This document shows, piece by piece, positions 51,360 through 53,729 of a DNA stretch of 53,729 bases. A model generated the notes under the pieces. That model did no database searches. It had not been told where the DNA came from and worked only from the letters and a program-made list of their open reading frames with translations. The translations under genes and the position numbers were made by a program. Positions within the stretch are counted from its first letter, which is position 1; each line of letters starts with the position of its first letter. Source of the DNA: an uncultured bacterium (GTDB taxonomy: Bacteria > Muiribacteriota > UBA9980); assembly GCA_964436235.1 (NCBI GenBank), contig CAYTCW010000008.1, positions 2,006 through 55,734 of the forward strand, read 5' to 3'.

Positions 51360-51402
51360 ACCGCCGCGAATCTCTTAATTGAGATCAGCGGCGGTTTCGT
51401 TT
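51360..51402 (+). terminator. Intrinsic terminator (A-tract upstream, so possibly bidirectional)
   Basis: accgccgc..(inner atctc/gagat)..gcggcggt followed by TTCGTTT. Confidence 0.6.
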
Positions 51403-51576
51403 GAAACGGAGACTGACTTTTTCTGTGTGGCCATGTCTGCCATGGCTATTTTTATTTTTTAATACCTTTTCCAGAGTATATAAAATATATGATTATCATA
51501 TATTCGTTATATATAGTTTCAAGTCTGTTTTTGACCATCTTATGTGGTGGCCTATTTTGCGAGTTGGCCACTCGTT

Positions 51577-51723
51577 TTATTCTTTTGTTTCTACATCCAG
51601 ATAAATATTACTTCCGATAGGGTAATCAATATTTGGAATACTGCAGATAAGACCGTCGGGAAATTTTATCCTTGTAATTCGGCCGCGTCGTTCTATAACC
51701 TGAGCGATGTATTTTTTTTTCAT
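51577..51723 (-). CDS. Hypothetical small protein (48 aa, below the ORF-track cutoff)
   Basis: My translation is MKKKYIAQVIERRGRITRIKFPDGLICSIPNIDYPIGSNIYLDVETKE. SD AAAGGTGA. Confidence 0.35.
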   Translation of the reverse strand: MKKKYIAQVIERRGRITRIKFPDGLICSIPNIDYPIGSNIYLDVETKE

Positions 51724-51933
51724 ATTTTCACCTTTAACCTTTTGTGTTTTTCTTTTCTATGGCCTCGCGTCGCGACCGCCGGCCTTTCTGTTTCTCGAAA
51801 ATATTTTCGAACTTTATACGCCTATTATAACATGCTAAAAAAATTAAGTCAAGCTGTGGATAACTTTTGAAAACAGTATTAGTTATTATCACTTTCAGGC
51901 TTTAACCTCTGTGTTAATCGGCCTAAAAAATCT

Positions 51934-51966
51934 TAAGAAAAAATTCCGCCTACAGACAAGCGGAAT
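51934..51966 (-). terminator. Intrinsic terminator downstream of the integrase gene
   Basis: Minus strand: ATTCCGC-ttgtctgta-GCGGAAT followed by TTTTTTCTT. Confidence 0.6.
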
Positions 51967-52051
51967 ATAAAAATATTAGCTTTCGATGAAATTCGAACGC
52001 CCCTGTTTTTAACATGGCCGTCGGTGTGGCCAAACTTATTTTTCGGTTGAA

Positions 52052-53209
52052 CTATGCGAGTTTAATTATTTTGGGATCGTTTTCATCATATTTGTCGGAT
52101 AAAATTTTATCGACTACCGCCGCGCCGTTTCGGACGGTTTGAGGAAATAAATGCGCATAACGTTGCGTCGTCTTGAAATCTTTGTGCGTCAAAAGACGCT
52201 GTAGCGTATATTGATCGACCTCGCCGCTCGATGCGAGCATCGATGCGAACTGATGGCGCAGATCGTGGCAGCGGAACTTTACCGGAATGCCGACGGCTAC
52301 TTTGATAGATGCCCAGCGACGACCTATGTTATTCTTTCGCTGGCCATCATCTCCCGGAAAAACGATCTCATTATCCGTTTTTTTGTTTTGGTGCTGGCGT
52401 TGAAGTGCTTGAAATGCGCCCTCATTAAGATAAATAAACTGGTCCTTGCCGCCTTTAGGATCACGCAGGCGAATTATACGGTCGTTAAAATTAACATCGG
52501 CAAAGTCGAGCTTCAGCGCTTCGCCTAAGCGGCAGCCGGTGAAGATCAAGAACGTCAAAAGGTTGGCTGTGGTCCGATGCTGGTATATTTCAAGGTATTT
52601 CAGCAGCTCTTGAATTTTTTCGATCGGCAGTACGTTCAAAACTTCGTTATTGATTTTCGGTTTTTTGACCTTATGACATGGATTTTCGCCGGCGTAGATT
52701 CCAAGGCGGTGAGCATAATTGAACAGCAGACCCAGCTGATCGACGATATTTTTAATAGCCTTCGGGCTGTATGGCTGATGATAGCGCGTTTCGGTGCCCT
52801 TCAGCTCGATCATCATTTTTTCGATATGGAAGGGCGCTATAGCCTTTAGCGGCTTACTTCCGAACCTGTCGCGCAGGGTTTTATTGTAGCGCGTTTCTTC
52901 GCGGCGCCAGGCTTTGCCATGTGCCTTGTAGCCCTTCAGGTATTCTTCCCAGACTTCGTTCAGGGTAGGGTCTGTCTGGCGTGAGTCTTTATAGGTACCC
53001 TCAATGAGCTTCGTTTTTATTTTGGCTTCGAGCTCGCGGACAAGCGTTATATTTCCGGTAACAATTTTTGATACGGATTTTCTATTATACATAACCTGGA
53101 CCCGAAAGTCTTTATTTTTGATATCCATGACTTTTTCGCATCTCGGACATTTTTTAGCGTCGAGATCGAAAGCGATACGGCATTTTCGGCAATATAAACG
53201 AATAGACAT
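52052..53209 (-). CDS. int: Tyrosine recombinase / phage integrase with an N-terminal zinc ribbon
   Basis: CRKC..CPRC at the N-terminus. TGCRLGEAL (Arg), HDLRHQFAS (HxxR) and QRYAHL (Tyr). SD GAGGAAGG. Confidence 0.9.
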   Translation of the reverse strand: MSIRLYCRKCRIAFDLDAKKCPRCEKVMDIKNKDFRVQVMYNRKSVSKIVTGNITLVRELEAKIKTKLIEGTYKDSRQTDPTLNEVWEEYLKGYKAHGKAWRREETRYNKTLRDRFGSKPLKAIAPFHIEKMMIELKGTETRYHQPYSPKAIKNIVDQLGLLFNYAHRLGIYAGENPCHKVKKPKINNEVLNVLPIEKIQELLKYLEIYQHRTTANLLTFLIFTGCRLGEALKLDFADVNFNDRIIRLRDPKGGKDQFIYLNEGAFQALQRQHQNKKTDNEIVFPGDDGQRKNNIGRRWASIKVAVGIPVKFRCHDLRHQFASMLASSGEVDQYTLQRLLTHKDFKTTQRYAHLFPQTVRNGAAVVDKILSDKYDENDPKIIKLA

Positions 53210-53360
53210 TTACCTTCCTCACATTGCGTTAAATTTGCGTTAAATTCTCGCCGGGCATCAATGGATTTTTATGTCCGTCAATTTAACTCAAAAGTATTAT
53301 AAAACAAAAATAAATAGAAGTCAATGGCAATCCGTTATAATGCGTTTAACTCAAATTTAA

Positions 53361-53384
53361 CGGGTTCAAGTCCCGCTCTCCGCA
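53361..53384 (+). other. att core: 3' end of a class-II (Leu-like) tRNA, comprising T-arm, acceptor strand and discriminator
   Basis: CGGG-TTCAAGT-CCCG-C-TCTCCGC-A. No matching 5' half (GCGGAGA..) occurs within ~150 nt upstream. It lies 150 nt from the int start and is followed by a terminator. Confidence 0.55.
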
Positions 53385-53390
53385 TAATAT

Positions 53391-53432
53391 AAAACTCCTG
53401 AAATCGCAAGGTTTCGGGAGTTTTATATTATT
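53391..53432 (+). terminator. Intrinsic terminator following the tRNA 3' fragment
   Basis: 13-bp stem aaaactcctgaaa/tttcgggagtttt (one G.U pair), loop tcgcaagg, then ATATTATT. Confidence 0.6.
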
Positions 53433-53546
53433 ACTGACGTATAATTAACGTATAATCGCCGCCATTGCGAATATCTCGATGTTGCCGATATCCGGAGCGA
53501 ACGCCAAAAGTATAAACAGGACAAAAAAAGCGGCTGTTATCGAATG

Positions 53547-53729
53547 TTATAGAACTAAATTATAATATCCGCGAAAACTTTGTTTAATTTCCGGCCCAGG
53601 CCGCGTTTTCCAGATTATATCGCGTTCCTGAGTGATAGCGTGAACGATCTCGTGCATAAGCGTTACTTTCTGGTTTGGAAGCGAAACATCGGCGTTTGCA
53701 ATTTCAATCTCTGATGTAACGTAATCGAT
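53547..53729 (-). CDS. Partial paralogue of the HExxH protein 20699..21100 (C-terminal part; gene runs off the right edge)
   Basis: Minus-strand translation is ..IDYVTSEIEIANADVSLPNQKVTLMHEIVHAITQERDIIWKTRPGPEIKQSFRGYYNLVL*. The stretch 53634-53729 is identical to 20831-20926. Confidence 0.6.
   Translation of the reverse strand: MDYVTSEIEIANADVSLPNQKVTLMHEIVHAITQERDIIWKTRPGPEIKQSFRGYYNLVL

Larger units (their letters stand above)
1..53384. mobile_element. Temperate siphovirus-like phage/prophage. The left end is not reached; the right end is a tRNA-type att core next to the integrase.
   Basis: Contiguous co-oriented modules: tail fibres, lambda-like tail tip, tape measure, G/GT chaperones, tail tube, SPP1-like head, TerL/TerS, RusA, SSB, RecT/YqaJ, CI/Cro switch, accessory island, tyrosine integrase, tRNA 3' fragment. 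Confidence 0.85.

Noticed and set aside
51759-51770. 12-mer atggcctcgcgt, shared with 43081-43092 just upstream of the solitary repeat
   Set aside because: Dozens of chance 12-mer pairs are expected in a 54-kb window, and the flanks do not extend the match.
51401-51870. Plus-strand ORFs 51401..51604 and 51544..51870
   Set aside because: They are AT-rich with hydrophobic, low-complexity translations and no RBS. They overlap a better-supported small minus-strand ORF and lie downstream of a strong terminator.
53361-53384. Interpretation as the 3' end of tmRNA, or as a complete tRNA gene
   Set aside because: There is no tmRNA-like tag or pseudoknot context and no CCA. No complementary 5' acceptor strand occurs upstream. 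The best explanation is a tRNA 3' fragment (att core).

Overview
The window is almost entirely one temperate siphovirus-type phage or prophage, and nearly all core genes are on the minus strand. From left to right it holds: a tail-fibre cluster (1-3.6 kb); a lambda-like tail tip (M, L, K, fused I-J) with tape measure and G/GT chaperones (3.6-14.6 kb); tail tube and neck genes; an SPP1-like head and packaging module (capsid, scaffold, gp7-like, portal, TerL, TerS; 16-25.6 kb); a late activator, RusA, MazG and SSB; two paralogous replication initiators carrying iteron arrays; an SMC-like ATPase with RecT and YqaJ exonuclease (25.8-36 kb); an antirepressor and a CI/Cro-type switch (36-38.9 kb); a 12-kb AT-rich accessory island (38.9-51.4 kb); and a tyrosine integrase beside a tRNA-3'-end att core (52.0-53.4 kb). 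The accessory island holds RelE/ParE and HicAB cassettes, three paralogous CI-like regulators, zinc-ribbon proteins, DUF pairs, a Dam plus ABC-ATPase/Toprim pair, a frameshifted methyltransferase, and a retropepsin/SEC-C pair. The most striking signal is non-coding. A 98-bp repeat-spacer-repeat mini-CRISPR array (14659-14756) sits in the 3' flank of the major tail gene. Its spacer is a synonymous-site variant of that same gene (own copy at 15150-15188), which implies targeting of a related competitor phage. A third, solitary copy of the repeat lies at 43105-43130, and no cas genes are present in the window. Other candidates worth follow-up are the translationally coupled Dam/ABC-ATPase-Toprim pair, the DUF5678-like/retropepsin-SEC-C pair, two tRNA-like elements with aberrant anticodon arms, 11-bp-phased iterons, short plus-strand promoter-terminator units antisense to the early operons, and an exact 96-bp duplication between the head module and the right window edge. 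All functional calls rest on motif recognition by eye and on gene order. No database search was run.
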